From: Batkoa obscura
Lineage: Eukaryota
Reading direction: 5' to 3'
Assembly: GCA_030770535.1 (NCBI GenBank)
Contig: JASVEC010000113.1
Coordinates: 1-50,115, forward strand
DNA length: 50,115 bases
Shown: positions 34,346 through 46,950 of the stretch, one piece after another
How the letters are laid out: every line of letters begins with the position of its first letter
Numbering within the stretch: position 1 is the first letter of the stretch
Notes under the pieces: generated by a model
The model's database searches: none
The model's input: the letters and a program-made list of their open reading frames with translations, nothing else
What the model was told of the DNA's origin: nothing
Translations under genes and position numbers: made by a program

Positions 34346-35745
34346 ATGTCTGCTGCAAGGTTTTTTCGTGCAATTTTTAGGCCCTTCGGCCCAGTTTGGA
34401 GGTTATTAAGGAAAACAAATGTCACTATTTGGATTTTTATTTTTATGGTAATTGGTTTAATATTAGGGTTCACTGTATCAAAGGAAGTTGCATATAATTT
34501 AAATTTTTTCTCAAAAGCTTTCTTGGAGTTGGTAAAATGTTTGATTGTTCCTTTGATCTTTTCAACTCTAGTTGTTGGTATTGCTGGACACGGTGATGAT
34601 TTAGCAAAAGTTGGTAGATTAGCATTAAAGAGTTTGATTTACTTCGAAGTTGTCACTACATTAGCATTGATCATTGGTTTAATTGCTGTCAATGTAATTG
34701 GTCCTGGCTGGGGTATTGATCTGTCAAACGTTGAAATTGATGAGGACATTAAGACATTATCCGAGAATTCTAAAAAATTACATGGGACCATGAGATGTTT
34801 GAAATTGTAACTCCCTCCTTCTTTGAATCTGCAGTTAAGAACAAAGTCTTACAAATTGTTTTCTGTGCTATTATGTTTTCTGTAGCCATGATTAAAACCA
34901 AACCAAAGTATCGTAAGCCTATGGTGTCCTTTTTGGAATCATTATCACAAATTATGTTTAAAGTGACCGAACTTGTTATGAACTTTGCTCCAATCGGTAT
35001 TGGATGTGCTTTATGTTACACCATAAACACTGCTGGTGGTCAAGTTTTGATCAATTTAGGCAAATTAATTGGGACATTATATGGTTCATTAGTTATATTT
35101 ATGTTAATTATTCTTTTGCCTATAATGTTGATATGTAGATTGCCTTTAATTAATACCTTCAAAGCTATTGGTGAGCCTGCTTTGATTGCCTTTTCGACTG
35201 CCTCTTCTGAAGCAGCTTTACCAAAAGCTATGGAAAACATGGAAAGATTAGGTGTACCAAAGGGTACTGTAGCCTTTGTTATGCCAACTGGTTATTCTTT
35301 TAATTTAGATGGTACTACACTTTACCTTTCATTAGCTTCAATATTTTGCGCTCAAGCAGGTGGTATTAGTATGCCAATAGGCGAACAAATTGTTATGATG
35401 CTTTCTCTTATGTTGACTAGTAAAGGTGTAGCTGCTGTTCCACGTGCATCTTTAGTTATTTTAACTGGTACCGTGCATTCCTTTAATTTGCCTATGGCAG
35501 CTATCACAGTCATCCTTGGGGTTGACGCTTTGATGGATATGGGCCGTACCACTGTCAATTTAATTGGAAATTGCTTAGCTGCTATTGTCATGTCAGTATG
35601 GGAAGGAGATTTTGATTATGAAATAGCTAGAGGATTAAAACCATTCATTGAGGAAGATTTCAACTTAGATGAGATGGAGATAGATGAAAAGAAGGATGAA
35701 AAAATGAATCCTAAAGAACCTGTCACTTTACAGGAAATCCTTTAA
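34346..35745 (+). CDS. Dicarboxylate/amino acid:cation symporter (DAACS; GltP/DctA-like), split by an apparent 1-nt deletion
   Basis: FLELVKCLIVPLIFSTLVVGIAGHGDDL..VGRLA, APIGIG, AFSTASSEAALP, VMPTGYSFNLDGT, LTSKGVAAVPRASLV, GVDALMDMGRT. One extra A in the run 34772-34777 fuses the two ORFs (..NSKKITWDHEMFEIV..). Confidence 0.92.
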
Positions 35746-35871
35746 ATTGTTTTGCATTTTTATCGTTATTTAATTCAAAAATCCTCAAGCAGTCTTTTTT
35801 AAAATAAATTTATCTACTATTAACTTAGTTTTAACTTTAGCTTTTCATAAATATTTTATATTTTGCTAATT

Positions 35872-36378
35872 TTTGAAAGAAATCTACTAACATTTTTCCA
35901 CTCAATCACTCAAAAAATGGAAAAGGTGGTGAAACCAAAAAAGACGCTCTTATATGCTGAGAAAATCCTAACCTGGTAGAAAAGCTAGCTACAATTGTAG
36001 CTTATTTTGAAAAAGTCATAATTATCAGAATATTAATATGTGGACATATTTTTTTGTTTAAGAATTTTACTAACAATCTTTTCACTCTGAAAAAACATCT
36101 CCACATATTCTATATTGTTTGGAAAAATCTGCAAAATATAAATAACCACTGGTTTATATTCTAAAAACAAAATTTATTTGAATTTTTTGAATAAAACTAT
36201 TATTTGATAACTATCAGTGATAAAAGCAAAGTAATGTACTTATATCTATAATATTCCTAATAATAAAACAAATTATTACATGGAGATGTTTTCTTGGCTT
36301 CATCACTTTTTCCACTTTCTAAGCACTATTTGAGTGGAAAGATTGTTAGTAAAATCCTTAAACACAAAAACACGTCCC
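35872..36378. mobile_element. Three family A MITE copies (~35872-35951 degenerate, 36040-36104 internally deleted, 36282-36378)
   Basis: Consensus blocks (ACTAACA..TTTTCCACTCAA; AATGGAAAA..TGAA) and ATAT-type flanks. Confidence 0.75.
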
Positions 36379-37015
36379 ATATAATAGTTTAAAAACATTT
36401 GATTAATTTTTATGTATACCTCAGATGCTATAAAAACAAAAAATATACTCAGCAGTGGATTTTTTAAAAGAACTTTAATAAGAACTTTATAAAAATCATA
36501 AAGCTTAAAATTCTAAATTAAAATTTTATTATTATGCTTAAGTTTAAATAAATATTTTAAACTTTAAAAAAAAGCTCTTATTGATTTTCTTTGTTAATTT
36601 ATTTTTTATAAGCATAAAATATACCATTTTTATATAACTCAAGTCTTTAATATATTAAGCTATATCTAAGTTAAATTAAATACCCAGGATGCTGATTAAT
36701 AAAGCCAACCCTGATTTATAATTTTTAATATGTTTGATTTAAAGTGAATTTGATTTTTTATTTAAATTATAAAATTTAATAACCGGAGTCTATAAAGATT
36801 TAATTTTTTACTTGACTCAACTATGATTTCAACAAATTAATAAATCATATTTTTGATGTTACATGGAAAATAATTTTTCTATGGAAATTTATATAATAAT
36901 CTAGCAGTAAATAAACTGTTATAGCATAAGCATTTGCTAAAAAAGTTTCAACCTGCTATTGAACATTTTCTTTTAAATATTTCTAATAATCTATAACATA
37001 CTTAAAAAATTAGCT

Positions 37016-37184
37016 TTTGTGAAATCTGGTATTCAGTGGTTGGAGCCAAAAACAACTATAACGTGGTATTCCTTATAATTCAAGTCTATCTTAGTCATAT
37101 AAACTAAGACCTTTCGACTTACAGTGTAGTCAACCAAGGAATAGCTGTTTTTGACTCCAACCACTGAACACCAGATTTCACAAA
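37016..37184. repeat. 169-bp fold-back element with 44-bp terminal inverted repeats (second family)
   Basis: 37016-37059 TTTGTGAAATCTGGTATTCAGTGGTTGGAGCCAAAAACAACTAT matches the reverse complement of 37141-37184 at 41/44; a diverged partial copy lies at ~31840-31957. Confidence 0.8.
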
Positions 37185-38696
37185 GTAGAAGAATGATATA
37201 TAGTAAATATTTCAATGATTTAAAAGATAAAGCAATAACTAGGTCAACATTTTTTAAACATATAGCAACAAAAAATAAGGGAGAAATAGAAGAGGTTTTC
37301 AATAAAGAAGAAAAGCTATATAAGTTACATAAATTTTGTGCTAGTACTCATATATATATTTAATGAAGCTATTAAAAAAATAAATAATAAAAGTTGTATA
37401 ATAATCTTAGGTTTTAAACAAAACATAAAAATAGGAACAAGATCAGGTCCAATAAATTTAGATGATTATAATAACTAAGCTATATCTATATTAAAGTTCG
37501 GTGTTTTATGTTTGAAAAATGGTAAAACAATAGACAAAGTTTATTTTGGTTATTCATGTGAAATATTAAATCACGATTCAGCATATGGGGGTGTATTTTT
37601 TCGTTTAAGGATTTTGCTAATAATCTTTCCACTCAAATAGTGCCTAAAAACGGAAAAAGTAATGAAGACGAAAAAACATCCCCATATATAGAAAACTGTT
37701 TAATTGGTTTAATATTTAAAAAGTTATATTTAAAAAGTTTACAAAAGTTAATATATGGGCAGGTATAAAAAATCATTTTAAATCTTAAGAGTTTCTACAT
37801 TATATATTCAAAGAACTTTATAAAATACATAGTAGTTTAAATATTGGTCTTAATTTTTTACTAAGCATCATGGAAAAACAAATATAATTTTTAAAAAGTA
37901 TGAAAAAAACAAAAACATAAAAAATAATAACAGAGATGCAAGGCATTAAAAAGCATTTACGTTTTATTAAATATAATAGCAAACTACATTGTTATCCAGC
38001 ATCTGATAGATCAAAAGAAATCGATATAGTTCCAGTTAAAGTTATAGAGTCTATAGAAAATAGAGAAACCAAAAGATCAATCTTAGTTTACCTTACGAAA
38101 ATAACAGAAACCAAAAGTTTTGGTGTTCATTAATTAACTAAATAGTTTGTTGAATGATAGGAATCAATTATTAATAACTAAGTTAATAAATAGCCAAAGA
38201 GCAACTAATAATAATAATAAAAACTATTATTATATTGCTTGTAATACATAAGGATCATCAGTTATAGTTTTTGAACTAACTACTTCCTCCCACGCAGTTA
38301 TTTATTAACTCAGTAATATATTAAAATATAACTATAATGTTAAAATGATTTATTTATTTGGTAGCAAATCTATAATATTAGTTATAAAGCAGTCAACAGT
38401 AAGTGTTTCTTAATAAAGTTCTATAAGAACATGCGTTTATTTACACATTATAACTTTGATTAATATTAATATATAGATTGTATTAGTAAAAGCCTTGCTA
38501 ATATGGGAGTTTTTATTAGATCTAGTAGAAATTCAGTTAACTTACAATATAAATTATAATAAAATAATTTAAAACTGTGTCCGGGTACTTTTGCTTTTTA
38601 ATAAAAAAATCCGTTTTTATAGAATTTTAGGCAAGTATTTAAAATACAAAATATTTAAAAAGTGGATAAAAAAATGAAACTAATTTAGACATCCCC
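37185..38696 (+). mobile_element. 5'-truncated, decayed copy of the DDD transposon with a nested MITE
   Basis: SRRMIYSKY..L.DKA..RSTF, HDSAY, KHHGK and MQGIKK.L.FIK.N.KLHCYP match copy 1; 3' TIR TGAAACTAATTTAGACATCCCC ends at 38696 followed by ATAT. Confidence 0.85.
37587..37683. mobile_element. MITE family A inserted in a transposase relic
   Basis: ATAT duplicated (37583-37586, 37684-37687); the homologous empty site in copy 1 has a single ATAT (11051-11054). Confidence 0.92.
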
Positions 38697-39428
38697 ATAT
38701 AACAGAAAACAAAACCGTATCAAAGGATAGCCCTGTAAAAATTCTATGTGCATCCTTTTGGCATGTCGAATATGAATTCATAATTGGGTTTTAATTCCCA
38801 TTGTTGTTATGATACTGACATATAATACTTCAATGATATAACTCTACTTGTAGCGTCTTTTCAAATATTCTAAGTACTTATTCTCAGCATGATATTTAAT
38901 GCTTTTACTTCTCTTTACTATCTCTAATATATTTTTGGTCGTTTAATAAGAGCTATTAGCTTTCTTTTAAATCCAAGGGCCCTAAGGTCAATGTGTTTTA
39001 TTAATAATTATTAGAAATCGAAAAAGAAAACGAGTTCTATGGAGGCATGAGGCCAAATACAGATCGTTGTTTACAAAAAGCAGCGAATTTGGACACCATA
39101 AGGCGCTATTAGCTTTTATTTAATAAACTTGGATCTATCACTTTACTTCAAACTTGGTCTTTTCCTTAGTTTTTGAGTGATATTATAATAACTATAATTA
39201 CTATTCTTCACCTCAGACGTTTAGACAATGTTTAAGAGGCTCATGTTTAACATTATTTTGTTTAAAAGGAATTCCATTAATATCTCAATTGAATCCATTT
39301 TTTACAGATCTCTCATTACCTGTATCATCATTGCATACTCTTGTTTCTGAATTTAATGCTTTAAACAAAAGTGTTATTATGGCTGAATATAAATCTGGCT
39401 TTGGTGCTCTTATTCTTGAATTTAATAT

Positions 39429-39517
39429 GGGACTGTTTTTTTAGTTTCATTATTTTTTCATTTTTTAAGCGCTATTTGAGTGGAAAGGTTGTAGTAAAAT
39501 TCTTAAAACACATCCCC
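39429..39517. mobile_element. MITE family A
   Basis: GGGACTGT...ACATCCCC with ATAT flanks. Confidence 0.88.
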
Positions 39518-39862
39518 ATATACTAAATGACAATACTATTATGGTTAAAGTATTTTTTGTTTATAAGTATGCGTTTCACTCACTTGAGTTTGCTATTTTG
39601 TGTAGATTTTGATGCAAATCAATAAAACTACAAGTTATATTTAGATTTCCAACAAAATATTTATCTTTCATGTGAATTGGTAACTATCGATTATTATTAA
39701 AGTTATTATATTTACTTATTGATACTTTGACAAAACCCAAAGCCTATTACAAAAATAATTATTAATTTTTTTTTACAAATGCTCAAAATTTTTAAATAAA
39801 AATAATATAATTCAAATAAATACATTTAATAAGAATAACAAAGCGTTCTAGGATTAATAAAG

Positions 39863-41050
39863 TTAAGCGGTTATACGACCTACTCTCATTGACGACATCA
39901 AATTACGTGCCCCATTAGAATGGTCATAAACATCGCCACTAAAAGCTTGAGTAGCGTCTTTACCTAAATAGGCACGTATATATTTAACACCTCCTGGATG
40001 CTCATGCATGAAGTTTTCAACATCATGAATCACATTTTCAATCAATATCCAGCATTTACCTTCTTCCTTTACCTTATTTTCATATTCTTTTAATGTAAAG
40101 GTAGGTAAATCTGAAATATCAACTCCCCATTTAATTGTTGCTTTGACTTCGTCTAATTTCTTTACTTTCATCATGTATGCACCTTTTCTTACTTCATTTT
40201 CAGGGAATACTTTAAGATCATAACTAAGGCCAACTAAAGAAAGGATGTAAATGAACCATTTGGTAGGATCATATTGATAGAATTTGATAGCATTACGATA
40301 ATCTTGAGGGAACTCATGATGGAAGTTATGGTATCCTTCTCCCATTGTAATTAAAGCAGTAATAAAGAAATCTCTTGGTGAAAGTTTATCATCATAAGAA
40401 GCATCACCTAACCAATGAGCTAAAGAGTTGATACAGAAAGTGGCATGATGAACAAAGACTAAACGAGCGACGGCAGAATAAAAGTAACCCCCTTCCCAGT
40501 CACCCCAAAAAACTCCTGGAATAATGGTAGGTAATATAAAACCCATGAACAAAGCTAATGGAACATAGTTTTGATGTTGGAATTTAACAAGAGGATCTTT
40601 TTCAAGATCATCTACTTCAGCTCTACCAATCTTAGTAGAATCTTTCTTGAATATCATCCATCCAATATGTGACCAAAGTAATCCTTTCTTTGAATTGTAA
40701 GGATCTTTTTCAGTATCAGTAAATCTATGATGTACTCTGTGATCTTTGCACCACCACATAATGGAACCTTGTACAGCTGCAGTACCTGTAAGCATAAGGA
40801 AGATGCGTAAGGGTAAAGAAGCACTATAAGATCTATGTGACCAATAGCGATGGTATCCAGCGGTAATACCAAGAGCAGAGATAAAATAATATAGAAGGGA
40901 GAAGATTGCAGTTTTAAACTGTAATTCAGTTTTAGATACACCATAAACTGCTATTATAGGTGTAATGGCCAGTAATAAAGATTGGGGCCAGTTAATCTGT
41001 TGCCATAAAGGACGTTCACTTAAAGGAATCTTTTTAGAAGACTTTGACAT
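39863..41050 (-). CDS. OLE1: Delta-9 acyl-CoA desaturase with C-terminal cytochrome b5 domain
   Basis: GITAGYHRYWSH, DHRVHH, GEGYHNFHH histidine boxes; HPGG heme motif; intronless. Confidence 0.97.
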   Translation of the reverse strand: MSKSSKKIPLSERPLWQQINWPQSLLLAITPIIAVYGVSKTELQFKTAIFSLLYYFISALGITAGYHRYWSHRSYSASLPLRIFLMLTGTAAVQGSIMWWCKDHRVHHRFTDTEKDPYNSKKGLLWSHIGWMIFKKDSTKIGRAEVDDLEKDPLVKFQHQNYVPLALFMGFILPTIIPGVFWGDWEGGYFYSAVARLVFVHHATFCINSLAHWLGDASYDDKLSPRDFFITALITMGEGYHNFHHEFPQDYRNAIKFYQYDPTKWFIYILSLVGLSYDLKVFPENEVRKGAYMMKVKKLDEVKATIKWGVDISDLPTFTLKEYENKVKEEGKCWILIENVIHDVENFMHEHPGGVKYIRAYLGKDATQAFSGDVYDHSNGARNLMSSMRVGRITA

Positions 41051-42274
41051 TTTTAGTTTTACGAAAAATAAATAAAGTTTGTGATAAACTTTAGTTTATA
41101 TATACTTATGTTTACTATCTTATTCTAATTACACAAATATTTTAATGATGGAGCTTAATATTCCGAAACTTAAGCTTGATTATGAAATTAATAGGTCTTT
41201 AATTTATTGATGTTTGGATCACTTAGCACCAATAAATATGATTAATGATTACCGAGTGCTATAAAGCTAAGTCTTAAATTCGTAACTAAATAGAGCCTTG
41301 TCCGTCATTTTTCCGTAGCAAGCGTGGGAATTTTCAAATTTTAATTCGGGAATTCTTTTTAATTGGCTATTTCTTTCTTTTAAAAATACAAGGTGTAATC
41401 TAAAGTTAAATAATAATCACTATCATTATCACTAAATATTAACTTACACTAATTTCAATAAAGCCCAGGCAATTTAACATTTTTAAAAGGATTCTTTATA
41501 TCAAAACTAAATTTAGACTTAATTGAAACTACATAACAAAAAACCGCCAAAGAATTTGGAACAATAATATCAAAAATACAATTAGTTAATCAGTTATAAA
41601 GAGATTATGTAGATAACTTATACTCCTTTATTCTAAACTTACCCTATGGCAGCTATCTATTGGCTCAAAAAGCTTTCATTCAAAAATAGTAATCTTTTGT
41701 TTTGATTTTCCGGGGTACAGTTAAAAAACAATAAGCTGAAATTGCTATATGATAGTCTGTATAAATCGGATAATTTGTATACATGTTAAAGTGTTGACTA
41801 TAGTATGACGTCTTTTATTATTCAATTACAAAATTAAACATTTATATCCTTATTATTAAGCTGATTTATTATCTCCGTCTAATAAAAATTAGATTCCAAA
41901 ATAACTTTATATAATAAAATTAAGTAAAAAACAAAATATTAGAGTTTATTTTATTATTAGGTCATTCCTTATGTTTCAGATACTTTCATTCAAATTTGTT
42001 ACTAATTTTTTTACATGAACTTAAAGATTATATGCAACCTTATATTTTTGAATTTAGGTTGAAAATTAATAGATCTAAGCGAACAGCATATTAAAACATA
42101 ACAAACGACTCAGTAGTATACAATATATCAAGTTAGTTAAATAACTATTGAGATTTAGTTATTTCCATCCTGTTTATTAAAAATCAATTAATGACATGCT
42201 ATATCTCAAAATGAGAGACAAAACCAATGTAAATAAATTAATATGTATTTAGAAGATATAATGTTTATTTATAT

Positions 42275-42365
42275 GGGGATGTACTTTTGGATTTCAGTTA
42301 TTTTTCCATTTTTCAAGTGTCAATAAGTAGAAAAATTGCTATAAGAAATATAAAACAAAAAAACA
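42275..42365. mobile_element. Degenerate MITE family A
   Basis: ATAT-GGGGATGT start with a diverged core; right TIR eroded. Confidence 0.65.
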
Positions 42366-43368
42366 TATAGAAATCTTTTGTATTGATATTGTTTAGCTTG
42401 AGGTATAATTTGTTTTATAATATAGTACTGTATTTCCAAGCGTAATATAATCTGACACTAAATTTAGTTTTACTAGCACTGTCCAATATTTTAAAGGTAA
42501 TATCTTAATTTTACTAATCTTTAATTTATTTTACAAAGTAGAATCAAATATGTGTTTTATCACATTAGTTTTTAATAAGTAAATGTATATTAAATAGCTT
42601 ATAACGGCGAATTATTTTTTAATATGACTATTGATATTCATTAAATATTGCAGTCGATACAGAAATGAAATGTAACCATACAATAAAAAGACAATTGACA
42701 AATGGTTTTTCAGGGATTGAATTTATATATTAGAATTAAAATAGTTTTAAATTTTAAATTTTAAATTTTAAATTTTAGAACTCCAATACAAGAACCTCCT
42801 AATAAATAAAGCTTGTTAAAAAGCATTTAAAATAACCAAAAGTGATATTTAAGACAAAACCAGAGCTTTAATAAATTAATGTTAATACACATAATATATT
42901 TGTGGAAATGCTATATATTGAATGCTATAGAATGAAAACATTTTATAAAGCATAATAAAAATTTAAAAGTTATTAGATATATTGCAATTAGATAAATGCG
43001 ATAATACAACAGACTAAATAAATGGTACAATAATTATGATTAAAGTAAACTTAAAAAGCTAACAAAAATAATATTTTATCCCTATATTGTACGTCTAAAG
43101 CACTTTAGGAAATTTATAAATAATTTAAAAACTAATACATTTAGAGCAAAGCCGAGCCTTAACCATAATTTGGTTGTACTTTTATTCAAAGAACCAAAGT
43201 AAAGATTTATATACTCTAAAGCTGCAAAATCCAAGTGCCAATAGTGGAAATAAAATTCAACCACTGAAATTTCGTTAAAATTGCAAATTCTGTAAACTTA
43301 ATTGAGCAATTGGTTTTTATATCTTTTGACTAAGTTGGTAAAAAGTATAGGTAAAAAAGCGATTTGAA

Positions 43369-44465
43369 ATGTTAGATTTAATCAAGTTAGATTGCGAAGG
43401 AGACTATTTGAAAGAGAAGAAAAATACTAATGGTAAGGTTGAAACAAAAAAGGAAGGCGATTCAGCGAAAGATAATCCATATTTAGATATGGCTCTGGAG
43501 GATGTCATTAAAAAGAGTAGGAAAGAGATGATTAAAGCTAAAAAAGAGAAGAGAAAAGAGGCTCTTAAAGAAAAAAGAAAAATTAATTCTAAAGGAAAGG
43601 TAGGAACGCAAGATGTCAGAGAAATTAATAAATCCAATACAGTGAATGGTGCTCATTCAGCAGATAAAACAGGTATGTTTCATTTATAATTTTCATAATG
43701 TTATGAACTATATATCAATTGTCCCTTCATATTTTAATGAATTTTATATATATAGTTGAAATACCAAAGGGTGGATTTAAAACTAAAGATCTTAGAGCTA
43801 ATGCTCCTGTACCAAAAGATGGATTTAAAACTAAAGATTTAAGAGCCAAGATGAAATCTGAAAATGGCAAGCGCTTTAACAAAAACATCCCGAAGACTAT
43901 TAAACAAGCTAATGGTACAACTTTCAAGCATTTCAAGCAACCCAATGAACCAGTATCATTTACTAAAAGGGTCGAGATCAAGCCTAAAGTTAAAGAAGTA
44001 AAGCCAGCACCTGAAATATCGATCAAAGGTTTATCTGCTCCAACAACTGTAATGGTTTCAAATATTCATCATTTGGCTAAAGCTGATGATATCAAACTTT
44101 GTTTTGGCCAAGTAGGAAAAGTATTAGCAGTTAATTACTTATATAATTCATATCGTGAGTTTACAGGACATGCGGAGATTGAGATGGGCTCTTTGGTTGA
44201 AGCTAACCAAATAGTTAAGCATTTTGATGGTCGTTTAGCTGATGGCCAAGTTTTGCATGTAGTCATTAAGCCTCCAACTCAAAAGCCTGTCAATAAAGAA
44301 GTCTCATCTGAACATACACCTCCTTCTCGTAACAGACAATCTACTTCACACCATGTTGTAGAAGATAGAAGAGAAGAACCTTCCTTTCGCTCTTCTAACG
44401 GTTCAAGGAATGGTTACAATAGAGCTTCTTTTAATCCTTACTCAAGGCCTTCATATAGACGTTAG
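43369..44465 (+). CDS. RRM protein, ALYREF/Yra1/POLDIP3-like; intron 43673-43755
   Basis: LDMALEDVIKK resembles the REF/ALY N-terminal motif; RRM TTVMVSNIHH..DDIK.CF.QVG...GHAEI...FDG.LADG; duplicated PK.GFKTKDLRA; R/S-rich tail. Start codon uncertain. Confidence 0.65.
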
Positions 44466-45724
44466 TATATTTGATTATACTTGAGTTTATGAAACTCTAT
44501 TATCGAAAGGAAACATTCAGTTTGACTATTCATCTATTGCAATATATTTTTTATTTTCGGCTGTAATGAATTTAAAGTATAAGGAAATATTTTTTTATTG
44601 AATTTTTTGGGATATTATGCCAACATTAATGATACTAAACTATGATTATTACTAAGGTAGCCGTCAATTTTGAAATTCAAATGTTTAAAATATGGTCATA
44701 ATCGTTTATTACAATATATTAAATTTTTGATACATATATGTAGTGCGAATAAAACATAGTTTTGATAAACTTTATTTAAGCTTAAAAATTGACAAATAAA
44801 TTAAAAAGAAATGTGAATGTTTACCAATTGTCCTATTTTAAATTTTTTGAAATTAACAGCAATATAGTTATTCAAACTTAAACGTGTTTTAATTAATTGC
44901 TCATTTTAAAATAAATCTAAACCTAAGATGCAAAGCTACATAACAAATTAAATAATTGACTACAAACCTTAATACTTACCAACGCATACTTAAACAGCTG
45001 CACTGATTAGTTTATTTTTGATTTTAAAAAGTAGAAAAAAAGAACAATTGGTAAAAAACATTCCTGATAATAAGTAAGCGCGGTTAAAAACTATATTTAT
45101 ACTCTTAAAAACTTTTATCTGTGATACAAACGCCTTTTTTAGCATTAATGCTTTAATAAGCTGCTCCAATTGTAAGATTAAAAAGTAAAATAGGCGAAGG
45201 GCTTAAGACGATTATATGAACCTATTAAGAATAAGAAAAAATTATGGTCATAATATCTAAAGTGTTGCCAAGGTACTTAGTTTTTACTTTTAGATTATTC
45301 ATTATTGTTTTCCTAATAAGTTACTTTATTTGGGATTTAGTTCAGATATAATAATCATATAGCTATAGAAAGGGCTCCTGATGCTTTATAACTATTACAA
45401 TGTTTCTACTTTAGATATATAAAGTTTGAAATTTGTAAATTTATCTTAGATAGAAATACTATTTATTCTAAAACCATACTAAATTAGCTTGACTTACATT
45501 TAGATCTATTTTTGATAAAATCTAAACACTAGATTTAAAACAATTACACTCATTGAGTAGCCAAAAAAATTATGAATAATAAGATCAAGACTTACGTAGC
45601 ACTTGCATCATATATATAATAGATTTTTTTGATTGGTTTCTATTTCATATCAGCCAATAATATCGTACTTTAAAGATCATTTTAACCCAGAGCAGTGATC
45701 ATATCAATATTACTTTTTTAAATC

Positions 45725-46743
45725 ATGAGTTACAATAATAATAACCAAGGATCAGATAACTATAACTTCGACCAAGATAAGGTAAATAAGCATGCTGAAA
45801 AGCAGATGGGTGGCAATATTTCAGCCCAAGATAGGGGATTGATTGGTGACGCTTTTAAAATGTTGAGTGGGGGTAGCTCAGCTGGAAGTAGTGGGTCAGG
45901 TGGTAATTCAGGAAATAGTGATTTTGCATCAAGTATTTTATCACAAGTAGGTGGTGGAGGTGGTGGAAGTGGTGGGAATAAACAAGAGTTTTTAGGTATG
46001 GCAATGGGACAAGCATTAAAAATGCTAGGTAGTAGCAATGCTAGTCAAGGCGAAAAAACTGGCATGCTAGCTTCTGTAGCTCAAATGGCTTCTGGATTCA
46101 TGGGTCAAGGCCAAGGATCTGGAGGCAATCAAGGCTCACAAGGAGGATATGGTGATCCTGAAGGAAGTTATGGTGGAGGCAACCAAGCAAATCAGGGGTC
46201 ACAAGGAGGTTATGGTAACCAAGGTTCTCAAGGAGGTTATGGAAATCAAGGATCGCAAGGAGGTATGGTAACCAAAGTTCCCAGGGATCGCAAGGAGGAT
46301 ATGGTAACCAAGGTTCTCAAGGATCGCAAGGAGGTTATGGAAATCAAGGATCTCAAGGAGGTTATGGTAACCAAGGATCCCAAGGAGGATATGGTAACCA
46401 AGGTTCTCAAGGAGGCCATGGTAATCAAGGAAGCCAAGGAGGATATGGTAACCAAGGTTCTCAAGGATCCCAAGGAGGTTATGGAAATCAAGGTTCTCAA
46501 GGAGGATATGGCAATCAAGGATCTCAAGGAGGCTACGGCAATCAAGGATCTCAAGGATCCCAAGGAGGTTATGGAAATCAAGGTTCTCAAGGAGGATATG
46601 GTAACCAAGGTTCTCAAGGATCCCAAGGAGGTTATGGAAATCAAGGTTCTCAAGGAGGATATGGAAAGCAAAACCAAGGTGGAAATAATAAATATCAACA
46701 AGAAGAAGAAAATACTACTTTCTACGGATCTAAACCTAACTAA
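45725..46743 (+). CDS. Gly/Gln/Asn/Ser/Tyr-rich low-complexity protein with (GYGNQGSQG)n repeats; apparent 1-nt deletion near 46264
   Basis: Repeats read GYGNQGSQGG in frame up to 46261 and continue in the shifted frame to ..GGNNKYQQEEENTTFYGSKPN* (TAA 46741-46743); third-position variation fits the Gly-rich frame. Confidence 0.8.
46185..46666 (+). repeat. Coding tandem repeat, 27-bp unit with 36-bp variants
   Basis: Repeated CAAGGAGG(T/A)TATGG(T/A)AA(C/T)CAAGG(T/A)TC(T/C/G) units. Confidence 0.9.
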
Positions 46744-46950
46744 ATTCATTTAACTTATTAAAGTTCATTCTTTAGAATTATTTTAATTTAACCAATTCAT
46801 ATTACATCTAATATTATCAAATAAACTAAAATTGAAATAAGGAATCGAATAAAATTTACCACACGAATTAAGTTATATAATTTAAAAAATTTACTATAAA
46901 TAAAACACTTTTTATTTTCAAAAATTACCTTTTACTAAAACAGAATTAAA

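Noticed and set aside
38750..39420. Slightly GC-richer, coding-like intergenic stretch (similarly 18200-18720)
   Set aside because: The frames examined contain multiple stops and no recognisable motif; possibly old relics, but no call can be supported.
43082..43270. 60-aa ORF and several short hairpins (possible H/ACA RNA)
   Set aside because: No ATG start, no recognisable motif, and no convincing hairpin-H-hairpin-ACA layout; left unresolved.
46246..46749. 167-aa antisense ORF and the charged KVLKED frame in the ORF track
   Set aside because: By-products of a stop-free 27-bp repeat; synonymous-type variation fits the GYGNQGSQG frame.
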